Shown here piece by piece: positions 16,478 to 23,745 of a stretch of 24,463 nucleotides of DNA (its first letter is position 1; each line of letters begins with the position of its first letter). The stretch covers positions 1 through 24,463 of the forward strand of contig CAZIQV010000002.1 of assembly GCA_964541275.1 (NCBI GenBank), written 5' to 3'. The notes under the pieces were generated by a model. That model was not told the origin of the DNA. It saw only the letters and a program-made list of their open reading frames with translations, and ran no database searches. A program made the position numbers and the translations under genes. Source of the DNA: an uncultured Chitinophagaceae bacterium (GTDB lineage: Bacteria > Planctomycetota > Planctomycetia > Pirellulales > UBA1268).

Positions 16478-17134
16478 ATGGCAACGGTTCCGTATCACGT
16501 CGCTCGCGACGAGGACTTCGACGACCGCGACGAGGCCACCCCAAATCCCCTCGCGGTCGCCGACACGGCCTTTTCTGATGTTGTCCGCGCTGAGACCGAC
16601 TGCCGGGACAGCCAGCGGCAGCGGCGGCTGCGGCCGCGACGGCCCCGGCCAACCGGCGGGAATCCGGGCTCGCGGTCTCGCGGACGGCAGCTCCACCGGA
16701 TTGCCGACGTCCGGCGGCAGCAGGGAGTCACCCTGCGAAACGTCGCGCGGCGGCTCGGCATTGAGATGGCTGTCATCAGGCGGCAGGAACTGCCCGAGAG
16801 CGATCTCCGAATCAGCGATCTGCTGCGATGGCAGCAGGTGCTCGATGTGCCGCTCGCCGAGTTGCTCGAGGAGGGCGAAGGGCAGCTGTCGGGGCCGGTG
16901 CTCGCCCGCTCGCGGATGGTCAAGCTGATGAAAACGGCCGCCGCCATCCGTGAACAGGTCGGCGACGAAGGCCAGGCAAGCCAGCTTGTCGGGCAGCTGA
17001 TCGAGCAGATTCTCGAAATCATGCCGGAGCTGTCGGACGTCACGCCCTGGCACACCGTCGGCCAGCGCCGCACCCTCGACGACGTCGGCCGAGCCGCGCG
17101 CAACACCCTGCCGGATGACCTGTTTGGCCGGTGA
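16478..17134 (+). CDS. XRE-family helix-turn-helix protein
   Basis: AAGGAG RBS before ATG 16478. LHRIADVRRQQGVTLRNVARRLG...ESDLRISDLLRWQQVLDVPLAELL matches the HTH_XRE pattern, followed by a helical C-terminal domain. Confidence 0.85.
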   Translation: MATVPYHVARDEDFDDRDEATPNPLAVADTAFSDVVRAETDCRDSQRQRRLRPRRPRPTGGNPGSRSRGRQLHRIADVRRQQGVTLRNVARRLGIEMAVIRRQELPESDLRISDLLRWQQVLDVPLAELLEEGEGQLSGPVLARSRMVKLMKTAAAIREQVGDEGQASQLVGQLIEQILEIMPELSDVTPWHTVGQRRTLDDVGRAARNTLPDDLFGR

Positions 17135-17227
17135 AAATCCGGCTTGCCGGGGGCGGCAGTGCGGCGATTGGCGGTTTGAAGGTGCGTGGGTTGTCGCCGC
17201 GGCAGGCATGGCGGCCTGTCAATCCTC

Positions 17228-17238
17228 TCTGCTACGAT
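17228..17238 (+). promoter_or_regulatory. Candidate extended -10 promoter element (TG-c-TACGAT)
   Basis: TCTGCTACGATC, the identical 12-mer also found at 21448-21459; it lies 57 bp before GTG 17296. Confidence 0.5.
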
Positions 17239-17295
17239 CCCGGCGGCCCTGCGATGGGCGGCTGCGATTGTCTGGTCCTCAGAGAGGTTGTTGTC

Positions 17296-17382
17296 GTGTT
17301 CTCACTGCTCGGTGTGCTCGGAATCACCCTGATCCTGTTCGTCGGTGTCGTCGTCACCGCCCGCTTTCTGCTCGGCAGGTAG
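17296..17382 (+). CDS. Candidate 28-aa single-pass membrane peptide MFSLLGVLGITLILFVGVVVTARFLLGR
   Basis: AGAGAGG RBS 8 nt before GTG, an upstream extended -10, one clean TM helix with a basic C-terminus, GC-rich third positions. It overlaps the 3' end of the opposite-strand gene in register, so it could be a shadow ORF. Confidence 0.45.
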   Translation: MFSLLGVLGITLILFVGVVVTARFLLGR

Positions 17383-17817
17383 CCTGCCCGGGTTCGCCGG
17401 CTCGATCAATCCGACAACGACCATGCTCATGAAGCCGTAGAGGGTCGAGCCAAGCACGCCCCAGGCGGCAACCGCCAGCCAGAAATAGTCCCGCAGCCAG
17501 ACCCGCAGCGGCGGCTCCGGGCTTTTGGGGACCTTGTGTTGCACCGGTCCGCTGCGGTCCGACTGCGCCTCCATATCGCTGCGAAACCGATCCCAGTGCG
17601 CTTGAATGGCGGGGGCGTCAAGCTCGGCCAGCCAGCCGGACCGCAGCGTCCACACCACCCCCGGTGGCAGCACCAGCAGCATGATCCAGCCCGCCAACAG
17701 GCCGGCCTTCACGAGGCCGACCCGGCGGCCGGCTGCAGGACTTTTTGTTTGGTTGCTGCCGGTCATGCCAGTGGGATTGGGGGAAGCGGGCGGCGGAAGG
17801 TCGCCGTCGGTTCCCAT
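17302..17817 (-). CDS. Hypothetical two-TM membrane protein
   Basis: Two hydrophobic helices flanking a soluble segment (WDRFRSDMEAQS...GPVQHKVPKSPEPP...LRDYF). Start uncertain (17817 or 17766). Confidence 0.7.
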   Translation of the reverse strand: MGTDGDLPPPASPNPTGMTGSNQTKSPAAGRRVGLVKAGLLAGWIMLLVLPPGVVWTLRSGWLAELDAPAIQAHWDRFRSDMEAQSDRSGPVQHKVPKSPEPPLRVWLRDYFWLAVAAWGVLGSTLYGFMSMVVVGLIEPANPGRLPAEQKAGGDDDTDEQDQGDSEHTEQ

Positions 17818-18030
17818 CCTACCCAGATCGGCACCGCCGACCGGTCCGCAGAAAATCGCGGCGGTGCGACAAAAAATTCCTCTCGTTCAGCACCACCGGG
17901 ACTGGTACCGTCCCGCCGCAGCCGCTTGGCTTCTGTTCCAGCCGTGCCCCCTGTGATCGCCACCGCCGTGTTATCCAAGCCCTCTCCGTGGAAGAAGCCC
18001 TCCGTGGCCCGCGTCCGCGGGTCTGGGCGA

Positions 18031-19191
18031 TTGCCAGGGCAGTTTCACCAAGCCGAAAACCCGCGAGGGTTTTCAGGGCTTTCGGCCGCCGTCGGGTCGT
18101 GCCCGCGGTCACTGAGCCGGCGGCAGGCGTGCGTTCGCTACCCGCTGTTGCTGCTGGCGGTGCTGGTCTGCGGCTGGCCGACCGCCGCCTGCGGACAGAG
18201 CGGCTGGCTGCCGACGAGCTGGTTTACGAAGCCGAAGGTCGACCCTCGGGCGATGTATCCGCTGTCGGAGCGGGATGGCCCCTGGTTGGTGCTCGCTTCG
18301 ACCTTTCGTGGCGACGGTGCCCGCGAGGACGCCCGACGACTCGTTCAGGAACTCCGGGGCCGATTTCACCTGCGAGCCTTCACCCACGAGCAGGCGTTCG
18401 ATTTCACCGGGGCCCAGCGAGGCCTGGGGCTCAATCCGGACGGCAGTCCGAAACGCATGCGGTATGCGAACTCGCGGCAGATTCTCGAGGTCGCCGTGAT
18501 GGTCGGCGACTTCGCCTCCTGCGATGACAGCCGGGCCCAGAAGACGCTGACGAAGATCAAGACATTGCAGCCGGAGGCGCTGACCGGAGAGCGGGGCAAG
18601 AGCCGCGCGTTCGCAGATTTCCGGCGGCTGATTGGCCTCGACAAGCAGGCGGGCGGCGGACCGATGCGGCTGGCATTCATGATCCCCAATCCTCTGTTGC
18701 CGGCGGACTATTTCAATCAGCCGCAGCTCGACGAGTTTGTCGTCGGGATCAACGCCGACGTCGAGCACAGCCTGCTCGATTGCCCCGGCCGGTACAGCGT
18801 GCGGGTCGCCACCTTCAGCGGCGCCGGCACCTTCACCGATCAGGAAGCGGCGGCCGATCCGGATGCCGCCTTTGAAAGCCGGCTCGTCAAGGCTGCCGAG
18901 AAGGCCCATCGACTCACCGCCGCTCTGCGGCGGCAGGGCTGGCAGGCCTGGGAGTTTCACGACCGCGAGTCAAGCGTCGTCTGTGTCGGCAGTCTCGGCC
19001 AGCTGACGATCGAACAGCAGAACGGCACCCAGCAGCCGCATCCGGAACTCGTGCGGATCACAAAAGCCCTCGGCCCCGACCCCGAGAAGCTGGCCGCCGG
19101 CACGATTCTGCCGAGGCGGATCGAGGGCATTCTGCTCGACGTCGAACCCCGTCCGGTCGATGTGCCCCGGCTGCCGGTCGGCCGCCGCTAG
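18031..19191 (+). CDS. Secreted protein with two SPOR-like repeats
   Basis: Signal-peptide-like RYPLLLLAVLVCGWPTAACG. Repeat 1: GPWLVLASTF...ARRLVQELRG...VAVMVGDF. Repeat 2: GRYSVRVATF...AHRLTAALRRQGWQAW...VVCVGS. Start uncertain (TTG 18031, CTG 18112 or TTG 18148). Confidence 0.75.
   Translation: MPGQFHQAENPRGFSGLSAAVGSCPRSLSRRQACVRYPLLLLAVLVCGWPTAACGQSGWLPTSWFTKPKVDPRAMYPLSERDGPWLVLASTFRGDGAREDARRLVQELRGRFHLRAFTHEQAFDFTGAQRGLGLNPDGSPKRMRYANSRQILEVAVMVGDFASCDDSRAQKTLTKIKTLQPEALTGERGKSRAFADFRRLIGLDKQAGGGPMRLAFMIPNPLLPADYFNQPQLDEFVVGINADVEHSLLDCPGRYSVRVATFSGAGTFTDQEAAADPDAAFESRLVKAAEKAHRLTAALRRQGWQAWEFHDRESSVVCVGSLGQLTIEQQNGTQQPHPELVRITKALGPDPEKLAAGTILPRRIEGILLDVEPRPVDVPRLPVGRR
18055..18080. 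repeat. Spaced palindrome copy A: GAAAAC-ccgcgagg-GTTTTC-AGGGCT
   Basis: Read directly; as RNA it would form a GAAAACCC/GGGTTTTC stem with a GCGA tetraloop. Confidence 0.75.
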
Positions 19192-19266
19192 CTGTTGGTT
19201 GAGAAAGCGATCCCTGACCCCGAGCCCGCGAATGCGGGCGAACGCCAGTCCCCGTGGGCAACCCCC

Positions 19267-19292
19267 GAAAACGCCGCGGGGTTTTCAGGGCT
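19267..19292. repeat. Spaced palindrome copy B: GAAAAC-gccgcggg-GTTTTC-AGGGCT
   Basis: Same arms, spacer length and AGGGCT tail as copy A; lies between the SPOR-like gene and rdgB. Confidence 0.75.
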
Positions 19293-19479
19293 GCCGAGCG
19301 GCCCATCCCGCGGCGGCAGCCTCCCGCCGGGTCCCTCCGGCACCCGTTTCCGACGTGGTGAAAATGACCAGTGCACCATCGCTGTCGGCGACCACCGCAG
19401 CGGCCGTCTGGAGCCTGTGCCGACACAACCGCGTCGCGGCGGAGGAACGTCGCGATTCCTCTTTGCCCGCGAAACAGCC

Positions 19480-20103
19480 ATGACCCCGCCCGCCGCCCCG
19501 ATCCTCGTCCTCGGCACCACCAACGCCGGCAAGCGTGCCGAACTTTCCGGACTGCTCGAGCCGTACGGGATCAGCTGCCGCTCGCTCGCCGACTTCCCCG
19601 CCGCGATCGACGTCGCCGAAACCGGTCAGACCTTTGCCGAGAATGCCGCCCTGAAGGCGAGCCAGCAGGCCCGTCAGCTCGGCGAGTGGGTCCTCGGCGA
19701 GGACAGCGGACTGGTCGTCGATGCGCTCGACGGCCGTCCGGGAATCTATTCCGCCCGGTTCTCCGGTCCAGATGCCACCGCGGCGTCCAACAACGCCCTT
19801 TTGCTGGAGAAGCTCGCCGGCGTCCCTGCGGCGGCCCGCACGGCCCACTATGCCTGCCACGCCGCCCTCGCCGATCCGACGGGGGCGATCCGGGCTGCCA
19901 GTTCCGCCCGCTGTCAGGGCACGATCGTCGAGACGGCCCGCGGGACCGGCGGGTTTGGCTATGACCCGTACTTCCTGGTTGCCGAATACCACCGAACCTT
20001 TGGCGAGTTGGCCGCGGCGGTCAAGGCGCTGATCAGCCATCGGGGGCGGGCGATCCGGCCGTTGCTGCCGACCATTGCCCGCCTGCTTTGCAACCGCGGC
20101 TGA
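19480..20103 (+). CDS. rdgB: Non-canonical purine NTP pyrophosphatase (RdgB/HAM1)
   Basis: GTTNAGK, ETGQTFAENAALKA, EDSGLVVDALDGRPGIYSARF, GFGYDPYF, ISHRGRA. ATG 19480. Confidence 0.96.
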   Translation: MTPPAAPILVLGTTNAGKRAELSGLLEPYGISCRSLADFPAAIDVAETGQTFAENAALKASQQARQLGEWVLGEDSGLVVDALDGRPGIYSARFSGPDATAASNNALLLEKLAGVPAAARTAHYACHAALADPTGAIRAASSARCQGTIVETARGTGGFGYDPYFLVAEYHRTFGELAAAVKALISHRGRAIRPLLPTIARLLCNRG

Positions 20104-20149
20104 GCCCGTCAGCCGGCCCGGTCTGCCGCCGGCGGTTGTGCGGCACCGT

Positions 20150-21244
20150 TCAGGCAGCCTCGCTGAGCCGGCGGGCGAGCCAGTTCCGAATCGTCTGAAG
20201 GACTCGCGGGGTGCCGTCGATTGTCCCGACGAGATTGGCCAGCGGGGCGGCATACCGGTCGAGACCGTCGAGGAAGCCGCGAACATCGCCGACGGTGACG
20301 TCCTCGAGGTGGACGAAGTCACCGCAGCCCATCGCCCGCAGGAAGTGACTGTTCATCGATTGCTCGCCATGGGCCCGTTCCGGCAGCACCAGCAGCGGCT
20401 TGCCGAGGTGGATCGCCTCGCCGATGAGCTGGTTGCCGGCTGCCGACACGACCGCCCGGCAGCCGGCGAGATCCTCGGCGAACCGCCGGTCATCGATCGG
20501 CTGAAAGGACACCGGCCCGATCGGATCGCGACTGCCGAGGCCGTAGACCTTTACCGGCAGGCCGCACTGGGCGAGGGTCTCAATCGCGGAAAATGGCGTG
20601 TGTCGGCGGAGGTAGCTGAGCAGGTAGCCGCCGGACGTTGGCTCAGCCCGGACGATCTCGCGACGGAGCAGGGGACCAACTTGCACGACATGCTCCCAGC
20701 CTGGCCGCAGGGGTGGCCGGAAGAAGGCCGACACCATCGTCTCGGCGGCATTGCTGACATACATCCAGACGGCATGGCTCATCAGCCAGGCGTTCCACCG
20801 CAGGGTCCAGGGCAAAGCGTCGAGTTCGTAGGCGAGGAGGAAGTGCTGATGGTCGATGCTCAGCAGCGGCACCCGCAGTCGGGCCGCCGCCCGCGGCAAC
20901 GCCGGCTCAAAGTCGGTGATCGCCAGCGTGACATGAAAGGCCTCAAAGTCGGTGAGCAGGCGATCGACCAGCGGCCCGAGTTGACGAGCCTGATACTCCA
21001 ATCCGCAGCGGATCGATCGCAGCACATCGAGCCGGCCGCCGCTGTACTGGAAGACGATGCCTGGAATCTCAATGACAGCGACACGCGGATGGCCGACAGC
21101 GAATCGCCGCTGCAGGAACCGGTAGCCGTCGTCGGAACTGTAGACCCGGATGTCGTGATCGCGTTCCAGATGCTCAATCAGCGTTGCGATCCGGGTGGCA
21201 TGGCCCCGGCCCTCGCCGCACAAACTGATCGCGATCGTCGCCAT
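20150..21244 (-). CDS. GT-B glycosyltransferase, MJ1255/VC2487 (GT28-related) family
   Basis: N-terminal CGEGRGHATR, ITDFEP, SIDHQH, VGPLLR, SAAGNQLIGEAIHLGKPLLVLP...EQSMN. ATG 21244. Confidence 0.88.
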   Translation of the reverse strand: MATIAISLCGEGRGHATRIATLIEHLERDHDIRVYSSDDGYRFLQRRFAVGHPRVAVIEIPGIVFQYSGGRLDVLRSIRCGLEYQARQLGPLVDRLLTDFEAFHVTLAITDFEPALPRAAARLRVPLLSIDHQHFLLAYELDALPWTLRWNAWLMSHAVWMYVSNAAETMVSAFFRPPLRPGWEHVVQVGPLLRREIVRAEPTSGGYLLSYLRRHTPFSAIETLAQCGLPVKVYGLGSRDPIGPVSFQPIDDRRFAEDLAGCRAVVSAAGNQLIGEAIHLGKPLLVLPERAHGEQSMNSHFLRAMGCGDFVHLEDVTVGDVRGFLDGLDRYAAPLANLVGTIDGTPRVLQTIRNWLARRLSEAA

Positions 21245-21382
21245 GCGTTCCCGCCAGCTCAATGATGTTGGTGGCAGTCGTGGAAAGGGGTGGCCAAGCA
21301 ACCCTTGCTGTCGGTGGAAAAAGCCGTCGACGGCCCTTGTCGGCGGGGGGCGGGCGAATGATAGTCCACCTGATCAACCCCG

Positions 21383-21410
21383 TAAAACGCCGAGGATTTT
21401 TGGGGCTGCC
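21383..21410. repeat. Spaced palindrome copy C (degenerate): TAAAAC-gccgagga-TTTTTG-GGGCTGCC
   Basis: Shares AAAACGCCG, the T-tract and the GGGCTGCC tail with copy B; lies in the divergent GT/hypothetical spacer. Confidence 0.6.
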
Positions 21411-21447
21411 CAGCGCCGCCGCTTGCGGCGGCGGACTTCATCCACCG

Positions 21448-21458
21448 TCTGCTACGAT
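21448..21458 (+). promoter_or_regulatory. Candidate extended -10 promoter element (TG-c-TACGAT)
   Basis: TCTGCTACGATC, identical to 17228-17239; upstream of the exported protein gene starting at 21613. Confidence 0.5.
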
Positions 21459-21530
21459 CACCGCAAATTATTTTGAACCAAAGCGGCAACGGTTGCCGAG
21501 GCCGATGTCGGCGGCAGTTGGCCAGCCAAC

Positions 21531-21552
21531 GGAAAACTCACATAAATTTTCC
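21531..21552. repeat. Spaced palindrome copy D: GGAAAA-ctcacataaa-TTTTCC
   Basis: Exact GAAAA-N10-TTTTC with an extra outer G/C pair; lies between the candidate promoter and the start codon. It lacks the GGGCT tail. Confidence 0.6.
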
Positions 21553-21612
21553 CTGCCGCCGCTGGGAGCCGTCGCAGACCGCGATCGCCGTTCTCGCCGG
21601 GAGGCCCGCCGC

Positions 21613-22710
21613 TTGAAACTATCGCCCGTCGCTGCCGGGCTGCTGGTGTTCCTGCTCGTTCAGGGACCGCCGCGGCTGGGGGCAGCCCCGAACTCGGCAG
21701 CTGCCGCCCGGCCCGAGCGGCTGATCCGGCAGCTCTCCCACGGCAGTCTCGCCGCCCGTGACGCGGCGGTGGCGGGATTGCTCGACTGCGGGCCGGCCGC
21801 GTTGCCGGCGATCGAGCGAGCCCTGCCGACAGCCGGTGGCGAAGCGGCCTTTCGCCTGCCGCTGATCGCCGCGGCCATCGCGGTGGCGGAGACCAACCGG
21901 CGGCTTGAGACGGCCCCTGCTGACACCCCGCCGGGAACGGCCGCCGGGCCACTGCGGGTGTCGCTCGAACGCGTTGATCGCCTCGGCGATGCCGGCCTGC
22001 GGCTGCAGGTGCGGCTCCGCTGGCGAGCCGATCTGCAGCCGGTCCTCCTCCGGCTGCCGCTCGCCTCGGTGGTCGCCGAGGGGCCGCTCGGTGAAGCGGT
22101 GCCGGTCCGCAGCCGCCGGGGTTCTGTCGAGCCGCTGCTGACTGCCGGCTGCCACTGGGTCGACCTGCCGCTGCGGCTCGGCCCGCCGCCGGCCGGGCTC
22201 ACGGCGGTCGACAGCCTGCGGGGCACGGTCGAATGCTGGCTCCCGGGATTCGATCACCGGTTCACGCTGCCGCTTGCTGACGCGAGCGGGAAGCCGTCAA
22301 CCGCCGCGGTGACGAGCCTCGGCGGCGTCGACGTTGAATGCGAAGCCTGGTCGCTCGAACCTCCCGACCCGAGTCGGCCGCGGGCTCGCCTCAACATCCG
22401 CCTGTCAGCGCGGTTTTCCGAGCCCTCTGAAGCGTTCGCCTCGCACCGGGACTGGCTGGCCGATCGGCAGCCCCAGCTGCTGCTTCCCGACGGCACGCTG
22501 GTGCGGGCAGCCAGCCATCGCGTCGTCGGGAGAAATCGCCAGGGCCTGACGGTCGAGGGCAGCTTCCCCCTTCCCGAATCCCGGCCGGGAGGCGGGCTCC
22601 GGGTCGCCTGGCGGCTGCCGCTGGGGGTCAGCCGGCTCCGGTTTGATTTTCGACTGCCTGGCTTCGCGTTTGCCCCCGGTGGTGCCGGGCCGGAGACCGG
22701 GGACGATTGA
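21613..22710 (+). CDS. Exported hypothetical protein with N-terminal HEAT-like helices and beta-rich C-terminal domains
   Basis: GGGAGG RBS 8 nt before TTG 21613. Signal-like MKLSPVAAGLLVFLLVQG, HEAT-like LIRQLSHGSLAARDAAVAGLLDCGPAALPAIERAL. Alternative ATG at 21505. Confidence 0.7.
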   Translation: MKLSPVAAGLLVFLLVQGPPRLGAAPNSAAAARPERLIRQLSHGSLAARDAAVAGLLDCGPAALPAIERALPTAGGEAAFRLPLIAAAIAVAETNRRLETAPADTPPGTAAGPLRVSLERVDRLGDAGLRLQVRLRWRADLQPVLLRLPLASVVAEGPLGEAVPVRSRRGSVEPLLTAGCHWVDLPLRLGPPPAGLTAVDSLRGTVECWLPGFDHRFTLPLADASGKPSTAAVTSLGGVDVECEAWSLEPPDPSRPRARLNIRLSARFSEPSEAFASHRDWLADRQPQLLLPDGTLVRAASHRVVGRNRQGLTVEGSFPLPESRPGGGLRVAWRLPLGVSRLRFDFRLPGFAFAPGGAGPETGDD

Positions 22711-22981
22711 GGCCGTCAACGGGGCGGCCGGTCGAGCAGGCCCGCTGCGGCCCCAAGGCGGCGACCGGCAGCCGCGGGGGCCTGTCTGGGTGGGTTTCGC
22801 GGTCGCTCCGCCTCGGTGGCGGCTGCGTTTTTGTCACGGGATTGAGGCGGTTTCAGGGGGGGGTGAGGGATCAGCGGCAGCCGCTGCGGCGGTGGGCCCC
22901 GCTGTGGTTTCGCGTTGTTCCAGCCGGGCGGCGTCGCTACTGTCCCGGTCAGCATTTTCGTGGCCCGATGCGGAATGATCG

Positions 22982-23731
22982 ATGAAAGTTCGTTCGCTGC
23001 TGCTGTTCGCCTGCATGATTGTGGTGCCGTTTCTGGCAATGTTCTCCCACAAGCTCCCTGCCGAGATGCGGGCCGCCTGGGCCGCCGCGGTGTTCGACCC
23101 GGCGATCGAACTGATCGACTCGCTTGCCGGTTCTGCCGTGGCGAACGACGCGGCGGAACCACTCGATTTCAACGAGCCGCCGGTCGGTCCGCTGCTCGGC
23201 GGAGAACCGCAGCCGCTGCAGTTGCCCGCTCGCCCTGACGGCGGACAACGCCTCGGCGGAACTGATCCCGGCTCCAGTCTCGGCGGCCTGCCTGCCGCAG
23301 TCCGCCCGCCGCCTGCCTCGGAACCGAGTCTGCCGCTGCCGGCTGCGGCAGGTGGTGCCCCGGCACCCCCGCAGCGGTTTCGGGACGCGTCTCCGGGAGC
23401 ACAAAATACTGCAGCCGCTTTCCCGAGCCAGTCGCCGTCGGGAGAGCCTGCAGCGCTTTCCCGGCAGCTTCGCCGTCGGCTGGAGGTTGCCGGAGTTGAG
23501 CGGCTGCTGCTGGAACCGGTCGCTGATGGCAGCGGCGGCGTTCGGGGAAGCTGCCGGCTGGCGGTCGACGCCGAGGGGCAACTGCAGCGGCTGTTCCAGA
23601 CCTGCGGGGCGACCGAGGTGGAGACCCTCCGCCGACTCAACGACCAGGTGGGCCGGTGGCGGAGCCGCTTCGCCCGCCGGGATCAGGTTCCCGTCGCCCC
23701 GGGCCGCAGCGCAGGCAATCCCGCACCCTGA
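22982..23731 (+). CDS. Membrane-anchored hypothetical protein (TM, Pro-rich linker, small C-terminal alpha/beta domain)
   Basis: MKVRSLLLFACMIVVPFLAMF hydrophobic N-terminus, Pro-rich middle, compact C-terminus LRRRLEVAGVERLLLE...QVGRWR; ends 14 bp before scpB. Confidence 0.75.
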   Translation: MKVRSLLLFACMIVVPFLAMFSHKLPAEMRAAWAAAVFDPAIELIDSLAGSAVANDAAEPLDFNEPPVGPLLGGEPQPLQLPARPDGGQRLGGTDPGSSLGGLPAAVRPPPASEPSLPLPAAAGGAPAPPQRFRDASPGAQNTAAAFPSQSPSGEPAALSRQLRRRLEVAGVERLLLEPVADGSGGVRGSCRLAVDAEGQLQRLFQTCGATEVETLRRLNDQVGRWRSRFARRDQVPVAPGRSAGNPAP

Positions 23732-23745
23732 CCGTCTGTCAGCCG

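Noticed and set aside
22844-22860. GAGGCGGTTTCAGGG, resembling the right half and tail of copies A/B
   Set aside because: There is no left GAAAA arm.
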